A stretch of 64,000 bases of DNA from Eledone cirrhosa (Eukaryota), in NCBI GenBank assembly GCA_964016885.1, contig CAXHJY010000184.1, positions 1 to 64,000 of the forward strand, given 5' to 3'. Below the pieces are notes generated by a model. It ran no database searches. It saw only the letters and a program-made list of their open reading frames with translations, and was not told the origin of the DNA. Every line of letters starts with the position of its first letter. Position 1 is the first letter of the stretch. This document shows positions 43,201 to 57,949 of the stretch, piece after piece. The translations under genes were made by a program, and so were the position numbers.

Positions 43201-46200
43201 TAGTCTTTCCCAATCACTACAGGACTATAGTCTTTCCCAGTCACTACAGGACTATAGTCTTTCCCAGTCACTACAGGACTATAGTCTTTCCCAATCACTA
43301 CAGGACTATAGTCTTTCCCAATCACTACAGGACTATAGTCTTTCCCAGTCACTACAGGACTATAGTCTTTCCCAGTCACTACAGGACTATAGTTTTTCCC
43401 AGTCACTACAGGACTATAGTCTTTCCCAATCACTACAAGACTGTAGTCTTTCCCAGTCACTACAGGACTATAGTCTTTCCCAGTCACTACAGGACTATAG
43501 TCTTTCCCAATCACTACAGGACTATAGTCTTTGCCAGTCACTACAGGACTATAGTCTTTCCCAGTCACTACAGGACTATAGTCTTTCCCAATCACTACAG
43601 GACTATAGTCTTTCCCAGTCACTACAGGACTATAGTCTTTCCCAGTCACTACAGGACTATAGTCTTTCCCAGTCACTACAGGACTATAGTCTTTCCCAGT
43701 CACTACAGGACTATAGTCTTTCCCAATCACTACAAGACTATAGTCTTTCTCAGTCACTACAGGACTACATTCTTTCCCAGTGACTACAGGACTATAGTCT
43801 TTCCCAGTCACTACAGGACTATAGTCTTTCCCAATCACTACAGGACTATAGTCTTTCCCAATCACTACAGGACTATAGTCTTTCCCAGTCACTACAGGAC
43901 TATAGTCTTTCCCAGTCACTACAGGACTATAGTCTTTCCCAATCACTACAGGACTATAGTCTTTCCCAGTCACTCCAGGACTATAGTCTTTCCCAGTCAC
44001 TACAGGACTATAGTCTTTCCCAGTCACTAGAGGACTATAGTCTTTCCCAATCACTACAGGACTATAGTCTTTCCCAGTCACTACAGGACTATAGTCTTTC
44101 CCAGTCACTACAGGTCTATAGTCTTTACCAGTCACTACAGGACTATAGTCTTTCCCAGTCACTACAGGACTATAGTCTTTCCCAATCACTACAGGACTAT
44201 AGTCTTTCCCAGTCACTACAGGACTATAGTCTTTCCCAGTCACTACAGGACTATAGTCTTTCCCAGTCACTACAGGACTATAGGCTTTCCCAATCACTAC
44301 AGGACTATAGTCTTTCCCAGTCACTACAGGACTATAGTCTTTCCCAGTCACTACAGGACTATAGTCTTTCCCAGTCAATACAGGACTATAGTCTTTCCCA
44401 ATCACTACAGGACTATAGTCTTTCCCAGTCACTACAGGACTATAGACTTTCCCAGTCACTACAGGACTATAATCTTTCCCAGTCACTACAGGACTATAGC
44501 CTTTCCCAGTCACTACAGGACTATAGTCTTTCCCAGTCACTACAGGACTATAGTCTTTCCCAATCACTACAGGACTATAGTCTTTCCCAATCACTACAGG
44601 ACTATAGTCTTTCCCAGTCACTACAGGACTATAGTCTTTCCCAGTCACTACAAGACTATAGTCTTTCCCAATCACTACAAGACTATAGTCTTTCCCAGTC
44701 ACTACAGGACTATAGTCTTTCCCAGTCACTACAGGACTATAGTCTTTCCCAGTCACTACAGGACTATAGTCTTTCCCAGTCAGTACAAGACTATAGTCTT
44801 TCCCAGTCACTACAAGTCTATAGTCTTTCCCAGTCACTACAGGACTATAGTCTTTCCCAGTCACTACAGGACTATAGTCTTTCCCAGTCACTACAGGACT
44901 ATAGTCTTTCCCAGTCACTACAGGACTATAGTCTTTCCCAGTCACTACAAGACTATAGTCTTTCCCAATCACTACAGGACTATAGTCTTTCCCAGTCACT
45001 ACAGGACTATAGTCTTTCTCACTCACTACAGGACTATAGTCTTTCCCAGTCACTACAGGACTATAGTCTTTCCCAGTCACTACAGGACTACATTCTTTCC
45101 CAGTCACTACAGGACTATAGTCTTTCCCAGTCACTACAGGACTACATTCTTTCCCAGTGACTACAGGACTATAGTCTTTCCCAGTCACTACAGGACTATA
45201 GTCTTTCCCAGTCACTACAGGACTATAGTCTTTCCCAATCACTACAGGACTATAGTCTTTCCCAATCACTACAGGACTATAGTCTTTCCCAGTCACTACA
45301 GGACTATAGTCTTTCCCAGTCACTACAAGACTATAGTCTTTCCCAATCACTACAAGACTAAAGTCTTTCCCAGTCACTACAGGACTATAGTCTTTCCCTG
45401 TCACTACAGGACTATAGTCTTTCCCAGTCACTACAGGTCTATAGTTTTTCCCAGTCACTACAGGACTATAGTCTTTCCCAATCACTACAAGACTATAGTC
45501 TTTCCCAGTCACTACAGGACTATAGTCTTTCCCAATCACTACAAGACTATAGTCTTTCCCAGTCACTACAGGACTATAGTCTTTCCCAGTCACTACAGGA
45601 CTATAGTCTTTCCCAGTCACTACAGGACTATAGTCTTTCCCAGTCACTACAGGACTATAGTCTTTCCCAGTCACTAAGGACTATAGTCTTTCCCAATCAC
45701 TACAGGACTATAGTCTTTCCCAGTCACTCCAGGACTATAGTCTTTCCCAGTCACTACAGGACTATAGATTTTCCCAGTCACTAGAGGACTATAGTCTTTC
45801 CCAATCACTACAGGACTATAGTCTTTCCCAGTCACTACAGGACTATAGTCTTTCCCAGTCACTACAGGACTATAGTCTTTCCCAGTCACTACAGGACTAT
45901 AGTCTTTCCCAGTCACTACAGGACTATAGTCTTTCCCAATCACTACAGGACTATAGTCTTTCCCAGTCACTACAGGACTATAGTCTTTCCCAGTCACTAC
46001 AGGACTATAGTGTTTCCCAGTCACTACAGGACTATAGTCTTTCCCAATCACTACAGGACTATAGTCTTTCCCAATCACTACAGGACTATAGTCTTTCCCA
46101 GTCACTACAGGACTATAGTCTTTCCCAGTCACTACAGGACTATAGTCTCTCCCAGTCACTACAGGGCTATAGTCTTTCCTAATCACTACAAGACAATAGT

Positions 46201-49200
46201 CTTTCCCAATCACTACAAGACAATAGTCTTTCCCAGTCACTACAGGACTATAGTCTTTCCCAGTCACTACAGGACTATAGTCTTTCCCAGTCACTACAGG
46301 ACTATAGTCTTTTCCAGTCACTACAAGACTATAGTCTTTCCCAATCACTACAAGACTATAGTCTTTCCCAGTCACTACAGGACTATAGTCTTTCCCAATC
46401 ACTACAGGACTATAGTCTTTCCCAGTCACTACAGGACTATAGTATTTCCCGGTCACTACAGGACTATAGTCTTTCCCAGTCACTACAAGACTATAGTCTT
46501 TCCCAGTCACTACAAGACTATAGTCTTTCCCAATCACTACAGGACTATAGTCTTTCCCAGTCACTACAGGACTATAGTCTTTCCCAGTCACTACAGGACT
46601 ATAGTCTTTCCCAATCACTACAGGACTATAGTCTTTCCCAATCACTACAGGACTATAGTCTTTCCCAGTCACTACAGGACTATAGTCTTTCCCAGTCACT
46701 ACAAGACTATAGTCTTTCCCAGTCACTACAGGACTATAGTCTTTCCCAGTCACTACAGGACTATAGTCTTTCCCAATCACTACAGGACTATAGTCTTTCC
46801 CAGTCACTACAGGACTATAGTCTTTCCCAGTCACTACAGGACTATAGTCTTTCCCAGTCACTACAGGACTATAGTCTTACCCAGTCACTACAGGACTATA
46901 GTCTTTCCCAGTCACTACAGGACTATAGTCTTTCCCAGTCACTACAGGACTATAGTCTTTCCCAATCACTACAGGATTATAGTATTTCCCAGTCACTACA
47001 GGACTATAGTCTTTCCCAGTCACTACAGGACTATAGTCTTTCCCAGTGACTACAGGACTATAGTCTTACCCAGTCACTACAGGACTATAGTCTTTCCCAG
47101 TAACTACAGGATTATAGTCTTTCCCAGTCACTACAGGACTATAGTCTTTCCCAGTCACTACAGGACTATAGTCTTTCCCAGTCACTACAGGACTATAGTC
47201 TTACCCAGTCACTACAGGACTATAGTCTTTCCCAGTCACTACAGGACTATAGTCTTTCCCAGTCACTACAGGACTATAGTCTTTCCCAGTCACTACAGGA
47301 CTATAGTCTTACCCAGTCACTACAGGACTATAGTCTTACCCAGTCACTACAGGACTATAGTCTTTCCCAGTCACTACAGGACTATAGTCTTTCCCAGTCA
47401 CTACAGGACTATAGTCTTTCCCAATCACTACAGGACTATAGTCTTTCCCAGTCACTACAGGACTATAGTCTTACCCAGTCACTACAGGACTATAGTCTTA
47501 CCCAGTCACTACAGGACTATAGTCTTTCCCAGTCACTACAGGACTATAGTCTTTCCCAGTCACTACAGGACTATAGTCTTTCCCAGTCACTACAGGACTA
47601 TAGTCTTTCCCAGTCACTACAGGACTATAGTCTTTCCAAATCACTACAGGACTATAGTCTTTCCCAGTCACTACAGGACTATAGTCTTTCCCAGTCACTA
47701 CAGGACTATAGTCTTTCCCAGTCACTACAGGACTATAGTCTTTCCCAATCACTACAGAACTATAGTCTTTCCCAGTCACTACAGGACTATAGTCTTTCCC
47801 AGTCACTACAGGACTATAGTCTTTCCCAGTCACTACAGGACTATAGTCTTTCCCAATCACTACAGGACGATAGTCTTTCCCAGTCACTACAGGACTATAG
47901 TCTTTCCCAGTCACTACAGGACTATAGTCTTTCCCAGTCACCACAGGACTATAGTCTTTCCCAGTCACTACAGGACTATAGTCTTTCCCAATCACTACAG
48001 GACTATAGTCTTTCCCAGTCACTACAGGACTATAGACTTTCCCAGTCACTACAGGACTATAGTCTTTCCCAGTCACTACAGGACTATAGTCTTTCCCAAT
48101 CACTACAAGACTATAGTCTTTTCGAGTCACTACAGGACTATAGTCTTTCCCAGTCACTACAGGACTATAGTCTTTCCCAGTCACTACAGGACTATAGTCT
48201 TTCCCAGTCTCTACAGGACTATAGTCTTTCCCAATCACTACAAGACTATGGTCTTTCCCAGTCACTACAGGACTATAGTCTTTCCCAGTCACCACAGGAC
48301 CATAGTCTTTTCCAGTCACTACAGGACTATAGTCTTTCCCAGTCACTACAGGACTATAGTCTTTCCCAATCACTACAGGACTATAGTCTTTCCCAGTCAC
48401 TACAGGACTATAGTCTTTCCCAGTCACTACAGGACTATAGTCTTTCCCAATCACTACAGGACTATAGTCTTTCCCAGTCACTACAGGACTATAGTCTTTC
48501 CCAGTCACTACAAGACTATAGTCTTTCCCAATCACTACAGGACTATAGTCTTTCCCAGTCACTACAGGACTATAGTCTTTCCCAGTCACTACAGGACTAT
48601 AGTCTTTCCCAATCACTACAGGACTATAGTCTTTCCCAGTCACTACAGGACTATAGTCTTTCCCAGTCACTACAAGACTATAGTCTTTCCCAATCACTAC
48701 AAGACTATAGTCTTTCCCAGTCACTACAGGACTATAGTCTTTCCCAATCACTACAAGACTATAGTCTTTCCCAGTCACTACAGGACTATAGTCTTTCCCA
48801 ATCACTACAGGACTATAGTCTTTCCCAGTCACTACAGGACTATAGTCTTTCCCAGTCACTACAGGACTATAGTCTTTCCCAGTCACTACAGGACTATAGT
48901 TTTTCCCAGTCACTACAGGACTATAGTCTTTCCCAGTCACTACAAGACTATAGTCTTTCCCAATCACTACAGGACTATAGTCTTTCCCAGTCACTACAGG
49001 ACTATAGTCTTTCCCAGTCACTACAGGACTATAGTCTTTCCCAATCACTACAGGACTATAGTCTTTCCCAATCACTACAGGACTATAGTCTTTCCCAGTC
49101 ACTACAGGACTATAGTCTTTCCCAGTCACTACAGGACTATAGTTTTTCCCAGTCACTACAGGACTATAGTCCTTCCCAATCACTACAAGACTGTAGTCTT

Positions 49201-49389
49201 TCCCAGTCACTACAGGACTATAGTCTTTCCCAGTCACTACAGGACTATAGTCTTTCCCAATCACTACAGGACTATAGTCTTTGCCAGTCACTACAGGACT
49301 ATAGTCTTTCCCAGTCACTACAGGACTATAGTCTTTCCCAATCACTACAGGACTATAGTCTTTCCCAGTCACTACAGGACTATAGTCTT

Positions 49390-51800
49390 TCCCAGTCACT
49401 ACAGGACTATAGCCTTTCCCAGTCACTACAGGACTATAGTCTTTCCCAGTCACTACAGGGCTATAGTCTTTCACAGTCACTACAGGACTATAGTCTTTCC
49501 CAATCACTACAGGACTACATTCTTTCCCAGTCACTACAGGACTATAGTCTTTCCCAGTCACTACAGGACTATAGTCTTTCCCAGTCACTACAGGACTATA
49601 GTCTTTCCCAGTCACTACAGGACTATAGTCTTTCCCAATCACTACAGGTCTATAGTCTTTCCCAGTCACTACAGGACTACATTCTTTCCCAGTCACTACA
49701 GGACTATAGTCTTTCCCAATCACTACAGGACTATAGTCTTTCCCAGTCACTACAGGACTACATTCTTTCCCAGTCACTACAGGACTATAGTCTTTCCCAA
49801 TCACCACAGGACTATAGTCTTTCCCAGTCACTACAGGACTATAGTCTTTCCCAATCACTACAGGACTATAGTCTTTCCCAGTCACTACAAGACTATAGTC
49901 TTTCCCAGTCACTACAAGACTATAGTCTTGCCCAGTCAGTCACTACAGGACTATAGTCTTTTCCAGTCACTACAGGACTATAGTTTTTCCCAGTCACTAC
50001 AGGACTATAGACTTTCCAAGTCACTACAGGACTATAGTCTTTCCCAGTCACTACAGGACTATAGTCTTTCCCAGTCACTACAAGACTATAGTCTTTCCCA
50101 GTCACTACAGGATTATAGTCTTTCCCAATCACTACAGGACTATAGTCTTTCCCAGTCACTACAGGACTATAGTCTTTCCCAGTCACTCCAGGACTATAGT
50201 CTTTCCCAATCACTACAGGACTATAGTCTTTCCCAGTCACTACAGGACTATAGTCTTTCCCAGTCACTACAGGACTATAGTCTTTCTCAATCACTACAGG
50301 ACTTTAGTCTTTCCCAATCACTACAGGACTATAGTCTTTCCCAGTCACTACAGGACTATAGTCTTTCCCAGTCACTACAGCACTATAGTCTTTCCCAGTC
50401 ACTACAGGACTATAGTCTTTCCCAGTCACTACAGGACTATAGTCTTTCCCAGTCACTCCAGGACTATAGTCTTTCCCAATCACTACAGGACTATAGTCTT
50501 TCCCAGTCACTACAGGACTATAGTCTTTCCCAGTCACTACAGGACTACATTCTTTCCCAGTCACTACAGGACTATAGTCCTTCCCAGTCACTACAGGACT
50601 ATAGTCTTTCCCAGTCACTACAGGACTATAGACTTTCCCAATCACTACAAGACTATAGTCTTTCCCAGTCACTACAGGACTATAGTCTTTCCCAGTCACT
50701 ACAGGACTATAGTCTTTCCCAGTCACTACAGGACTATAGTCTTTCCCAGTCACTACAGGACTATAGTCTTTCCCAGTCACTACAGGACTATAGTCTTTCC
50801 CAGTCACTACAGGACTATAGTCTTTCCCAGTCACTACAGGACTATAGTATTTCCCAGTCACTACAGGACTATAGTCTTTCCCAGTCACTACAGGACTATA
50901 GTCTTTCCCAGTCACTACAGGGCTATAGTCTTTCCCAGTCACTACAGGACTACAGTCTTTCCCAGTCACTACAGGACTATAGTCTTTCCCAGTCACTACA
51001 GGACTATAGTCTTTCCCAGTCACTACAGGACTATAGTCTTTCCCAATCACTACAGGACTATAGTCTTTCCCAATCACTACTGGACTATAGTCTTTCCCAG
51101 TCACTGCAGGACTATAGTCTTTCCCAATCACTACAGGACTATAGTCTTTCCCAGTCACTACAAGACTATAGTCTTTCCCAATCACTACAGGACTATAGTC
51201 TTTCCCAATCACTACAGGACTATAGTCTTTCCCAGTCACTACAGGACTATAGTCTTTCCCAGTCACTACAGGACTATAGTATTTCCCAGTCACTACAGGA
51301 CTATAGTCTTTCCCAGTCACTACAGGACTATAGCCTTTCCCAGTCACTACAGGGCTATAGTCTTTCCCAGTCACTACATGACTACAGACTTTCCCAGTCA
51401 CTACAGGACTATAGTCTTTCCCAGTCACTACAGGACTATAGTCTTTCCCAGTCACTACAGGACTATAGTCTTTCCCAGTCACTACAGGACTATAGTCTTT
51501 CCCAGTCACTACAAGACTATAGTCTTTCCCAGTCACTACAGGATTATAGTCTTTCCCAATCACTACAGGACTATAGTCTTTCCCAGTCACTACAGGACTA
51601 TAGTCTTTCCCAGTCACTACAGGACTATAGTCTTTCCCAATCACTACAGGACTATAGTCTTTCCCAGTCACTACAGGACTATAGTCTTTCCCAGTCACTA
51701 CAGGACTATAGTCTTTCCCAGTCACTACAGGACTATAGTCTTTCCCAGTCACTACAGGACTATAGTCTTTCCCAGTCACTACAGGACTATAGTCTTTCCC
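49390..51800. repeat. Variant block with a 4-bp insertion monomer; second copy at about 61620-64000 (offset 12230 bp)
   Basis: cttgcccagtcagtcac at 49927 and 62157. agcacta near 50380/62610, ctgcag near 51104/63334 and catgactacagac are shared. ORF ends 49920/62150. Confidence 0.9.
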
Positions 51801-54800
51801 AATCACTACAGGACTATAGTCTTTCCCAATCACTACAGGACTATAGTCTTTCCCAGTCACTACAGGACTATAGTCTTTCCCAGTCACTACAAGACTATAG
51901 TCTTTCCCAATCACTACAAGACTAAAGTCTTTCCCAGTCACTACAGGACTATAGTCTTTCCCTGTCACTACAGGACTATAGTCTTTCCCAGTCACTACAG
52001 GTCTATAGTTTTTCCCAGTCACTACAAGACTATAGTCTTTCCCAATCACTACAAGACTATAGTCTTTCCCAGTCACTACAGGACTATAGTCTTTCCCAAT
52101 CACTACAAGACTATAGTCTTTCCCAGTCACTACAGGACTATAGTCTTTCCCAGTCACTACAGGACTATAGTCTTTCCCAGTCACTACAGGACTATAGTCT
52201 TTCCCAGTCACTACAGGACTATAGTCTTTCCCAGTCACTAAGGACTATAGTCTTTCCCAATCACTACAGGACTATAGTCTTTCCCAGTCACTCCAGGACT
52301 ATAGTCTTTCCCAGTCACTACAGGACTATAGATTTTCCCAGTCACTAGAGGACTATAGTCTTTCCCAATCACTACAGGACTATAGTCTTTCCCAGTCACT
52401 ACAGGACTATAGTCTTTCCCAGTCACTACAGGACTATAGTCTTTCCCAGTCACTACAGGACTATAGTCTTTCCCAGTCACTACAGGACTATAGTCTTTCC
52501 CAATCACTACAGGACTATAGTCTTTCCCAGTCACTACAGGACTATAGTCTTTCCCAGTCACTACAGGACTATAGTGTTTCCCAGTCACTACAGGACTATA
52601 GTCTTTCCCAATCACTACAGGACTATAGTCTTTCCCAATCACTACAGGACTATAGTCTTTCCCAGTCACTACAGGACTATAGTCTTTCCCAGTCACTACA
52701 GGACTATAGTCTCTCCCAGTCACTACAGGGCTATAGTCTTTCCTAATCACTACAAGACAATAGTCTTTCCCAATCACTACAAGACAATAGTCTTTCCCAG
52801 TCACTACAGGACTATAGTCTTTCCCAGTCACTACAGGACTATAGTCTTTCCCAGTCACTACAGGACTATAGTCTTTTCCAGTCACTACAAGACTATAGTC
52901 TTTCCCAATCACTACAAGACTATAGTCTTTCCCAGTCACTACAGGACTATAGTCTTTCCCAATCACTACAGGACTATAGTCTTTCCCAGTCACTACAGGA
53001 CTATAGTATTTCCCAGTCACTACAGGACTATAGTCTTTCCCAGTCACTACAAGACTATAGTCTTTCCCAGTCACTACAAGACTATAGTCTTTCCCAATCA
53101 CTACAGGACTATAGTCTTTCCCAGTCACTACAGGACTATAGTCTTTCCAGTCACTACAGGACTATAGTCTTTCCCAATCACTACAGGACTATAGTCTTTC
53201 CCAATCACTACAGGACTATAGTCTTTCCCAGTCACTACAGGACTATAGTCTTTCCCAGTCACTACAAGACTATAGTCTTTCCCAGTCACTACAGGACTAT
53301 AGTCTTTCCCAGTCACTACAGGACTATAGTCTTACCCAGTCACTACAGGACTATAGTCTTTCCCAGTCACTACAGGACTATAGTCTTTCCCAGTCACTAC
53401 AGGACTATAGTCTTTCCCAATCACTACAGGATTATAGTATTTCCCAGTCACTACAGGACTATAGTCTTTCCCAGTCACTACAGGACTATAGTCTTTCCCA
53501 GTGACTACAGGACTATAGTCTTACCCAGTCACTACAGGACTATAGTCTTTCCCAGTAACTACAGGATTATAGTCTTTCCCAGTCACTACAGGACTATAGT
53601 CTTTCCCAGTCACTACAGGACTATAGTCTTTCCCAGTCACTACAGGACTATAGTCTTACCCAGTCACTACAGGACTATAGTCTTTCCCAGTCACTACAGG
53701 ACTATAGTCTTTCCCAGTCACTACAGGACTATAGTCTTTCCCAGTCACTACAGGACTATAGTCTTACCCAGTCACTACAGGACTATAGTCTTACCCAGTC
53801 ACTACAGGACTATAGTCTTTCCCAGTCACTACAGGACTATAGTCTTTCCCAGTCACTACAGGACTATAGTCTTTCCCAATCACTACAGGACTATAGTCTT
53901 TCCCAGTCACTACAGGACTATAGTCTTACCCAGTCACTACAGGACTATAGTCTTACCCAGTCACTACAGGACTATAGTCTTTCCCAGTCACTACAGGACT
54001 ATAGTCTTTCCCAGTCACTACAGGACTATAGTCTTTCCCAGTCACTACAGGACTATAGTCTTTCCCAGTCACTACAGGACTATAGTCTTTCCCAATCACT
54101 ACAGGACTATAGTCTTTCCCAGTCACTACAGGACTATAGTCTTTCCCAGTCACTACAGGACTATAGTCTTTCCCAGTCACTACAGGACTATAGTCTTTCC
54201 CAATCACTACAGAACTATAGTCTTTCCCAGTCACTACAGGACTATAGTCTTTCCCAGTCACTACAGGACTATAGTCTTTCCCAGTCACTACAGGACTATA
54301 GTCTTTCCCAATCACTACAGGACGATAGTCTTTCCCAGTCACTACAGGACTATAGTCTTTCCCAGTCACTACAGGACTATAGTCTTTCCCAGTCACCACA
54401 GGACTATAGTCTTTCCCAGTCACTACAGGACTATAGTCTTTCCCAATCACTACAGGACTATAGTCTTTCCCAGTCACTACAGGACTATAGACTTTCCCAG
54501 TCACTACAGGACTATAGTCTTTCCCAGTCACTACAGGACTATAGTCTTTCCCAATCACTACAAGACTATAGTCTTTTCGAGTCACTACAGGACTATAGTC
54601 TTTCCCAGTCACTACAGGACTATAGTCTTTCCCAGTCACTACAGGACTATAGTCTTTCCCAGTCTCTACAGGACTATAGTCTTTCCCAATCACTACAAGA
54701 CTATGGTCTTTCCCAGTCACTACAGGACTATAGTCTTTCCCAGTCACCACAGGACCATAGTCTTTTCCAGTCACTACAGGACTATAGTCTTTCCCAGTCA

Positions 54801-57800
54801 CTACAGGACTATAGTCTTTCCCAATCACTACAGGACTATAGTCTTTCCCAGTCACTACAGGACTATAGTCTTTCCCAGTCACTACAGGACTATAGTCTTT
54901 CCCAATCACTACAGGACTATAGTCTTTCCCAGTCACTACAGGACTATAGTCTTTCCCAGTCACTACAAGACTATAGTCTTTCCCAATCACTACAGGACTA
55001 TAGTCTTTCCCAGTCACTACAGGACTATAGTCTTTCCCAGTCACTACAGGACTATAGTCTTTCCCAATCACTACAGGACTATAGTCTTTCCCAGTCACTA
55101 CAGGACTATAGTCTTTCCCAGTCACTACAAGACTATAGTCTTTCCCAATCACTACAAGACTATAGTCTTTCACAGTCACTACAGGACTATAGTCTTTCCC
55201 AGTCACTACAGGACTATAGTCTTTCCCAGTCACTACAAGACTATAGTCTTTCCCAATCACTACAAGACTATAGTCTTTCCCAGTCACTACAGGACTATAG
55301 TCTTTCCCAATCACTACAAGACTATAGTCTTTCCCAGTCACTACAGGACTATAGTCTTTCCCAATCACTACAGGACTATAGTCTTTCCCAGTCACTACAG
55401 GACTATAGTCTTTCCCAGTCACTACAGGACTATAGTCTTTCCCAGTCACTACAGGACTATAGTTTTTCCCAGTCACTACAGGACTATAGTCTTTCCCAGT
55501 CACTACAAGACTATAGTCTTTCCCAATCACTACAGGACTATAGTCTTTCCCAGTCACTACAGGACTATAGTCTTTCCCAGTCACTACAGGACTATAGTCT
55601 TTCCCAATCACTACAGGACTATAGTCTTTCCCAATCACTACAGGACTATAGTCTTTCCCAGTCACTACAGGACTATAGTCTTTCCCAGTCACTACAGGAC
55701 TATAGTTTTTCCCAGTCACTACAGGACTATAGTCCTTCCCAATCACTACAAGACTGTAGTCTTTCCCAGTCACTACAGGACTATAGTCTTTCCCAGTCAC
55801 TACAGGACTATAGTCTTTCCCAATCACTACAGGACTATAGTCTTTGCCAGTCACTACAGGACTATAGTCTTTCCCAGTCACTACAGGACTATAGTCTTTC
55901 CCAATCACTACAGGACTATAGTCTTTCCCAGTCACTACAGGACTATAGTCTTTCCCAGTCACTACAGGACTATAGTCTTTCCCAGTCACTACAGGACTAT
56001 AGTCTTTCCCAGTCACTACAGGACTATAGACTTTCCCAATCACTACAAGACTATAGTCTTTCCCAGTCACTACAGGACTACATTCTTTCCCAGTGACTAC
56101 AGGACTATAGTCTTTCCCAGTCACTACAGGACTATAGTCTTTCCTAGTCACTACAGGACTATAGTCTTTCCCAGTCACTACAGGACTATAGTCTTTCCCA
56201 GTCACTACAGGACTATAGTCTTTCCCAATCACTACAGGACTATAGTCTTTCCCAGTCACTACAGGACTATAGTCTTTCCCAGTCAGTACAAGACGATAGT
56301 CTTTCCCAGTCACTACAAGACTATAGTCTTTCCCAGTCACTACAGGACTATAGTCTTTCCCAGTCACTACAGGACTATAGTCTTTCCCAGTCACTACAGG
56401 ACTATAGTCTTTCCCAGTCACTACAGGACTATAGGCTTTCCCAATCACTACAGGACTATAGTCTTTCCCAGTCACTACAGGACTATAGTCTTTCCCAGTC
56501 ACTACAGGACTATAGTCTTTCCCAGTCAATACAGGACTATAGTCTTTCCCAATCACTACAGGACTATAGTCTTTCCCAGTCACCACAGGACTATAGTCTT
56601 TCCCAGTCACTACAGGACTATAGACTTTCCCAGTCACTACAGGACTATAATCTTTCCCAGTCACTACAGGACTATAGCCTTTCCCAGTCACTACAGGACT
56701 ATAGTCTTTCCCAGTCACTACAGGACTATAGTCTTTCCCAATCACTACAGGACTATAGTCTTTCCCAATCACTACAGGACTATAGTCTTTCCCAGTCACT
56801 ACAGGACTATAGTCTCTCCCAGTCAGTACAAGACTATAGTCTTTCCCAGTCACTACAAGTCTATAGTCTTTCCCAGTCACTACAGGACTATAGTCTTTCC
56901 CAGTCACTACAGGACTATAGTCTTTCCCAGTCACTACAGGACTATAGTCTTTCCCAGTCACTACAGGACTATAGTCTTTCCCAGTCACTACAAGACTATA
57001 GTCTTTCCCAATCACTACAGGACTATAGTCTTTCCCAGTCACTACAGGACTATAGTCTTTCTCACTCACTACAGGACTATAGTCTTTCCCAGTCACTACA
57101 GGACTATAGTCTTTCCCAGTCACTACAGGACTACATTCTTTCCCAGTCACTACAGGACTATAGTCTTTCCCAGTCACTACAGGACTACATTCTTTCCCAG
57201 TGACTACAGGACTATAGTCTTTCCCAGTCACTACAGGACTATAGTCTTTCCCAGTCACTACAGGACTATAGTCTTTCCCAATCACTACAGGACTATAGTC
57301 TTTCCCAATCACTACAGGACTATAGTCTTTCCCAGTCACTACAGGACTATAGTCTTTCCCAGTCACTACAAGACTATAGTCTTTCCCAATCACTACAAGA
57401 CTAAAGTCTTTCCCAGTCACTACAGGACTATAGTCTTTCCCTGTCACTACAGGACTATAGTCTTTCCCAGTCACTACAGGTCTATAGTTTTTCCCAGTCA
57501 CTACAAGACTATAGTCTTTCCCAATCACTACAAGACTATAGTCTTTCCCAGTCACTACAGGACTATAGTCTTTCCCAATCACTACAAGACTATAGTCTTT
57601 CCCAGTCACTACAGGACTATAGTCTTTCCCAGTCACTACAGGACTATAGTCTTTCCCAGTCACTACAGGACTATAGTCTTTCCCAGTCACTACAGGACTA
57701 TAGTCTTTCCCAGTCACTAAGGACTATAGTCTTTCCCAATCACTACAGGACTATAGTCTTTCCCAGTCACTCCAGGACTATAGTCTTTCCCAGTCACTAC

Positions 57801-57949
57801 AGGACTATAGATTTTCCCAGTCACTAGAGGACTATAGTCTTTCCCAATCACTACAGGACTATAGTCTTTCCCAGTCACTACAGGACTATAGTCTTTCCCA
57901 GTCACTACAGGACTATAGTCTTTCCCAGTCACTACAGGACTATAGTCTT

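Noticed and set aside
32952-44030. 3,692-aa plus-strand ORF of (TIVFPSHYR)n and similar plus-strand ORFs
   Set aside because: Openness follows from the 27-bp unit. Start and stop codons are single point variants of the monomer, and the ORFs overlap equally long antisense ORFs.
33845-53960. TTACCC variant as a telomere motif or a minus-strand splice donor (GGTAAG)
   Set aside because: It is a single substitution in the monomer, not a tandem telomeric tract, and there is no exon context.
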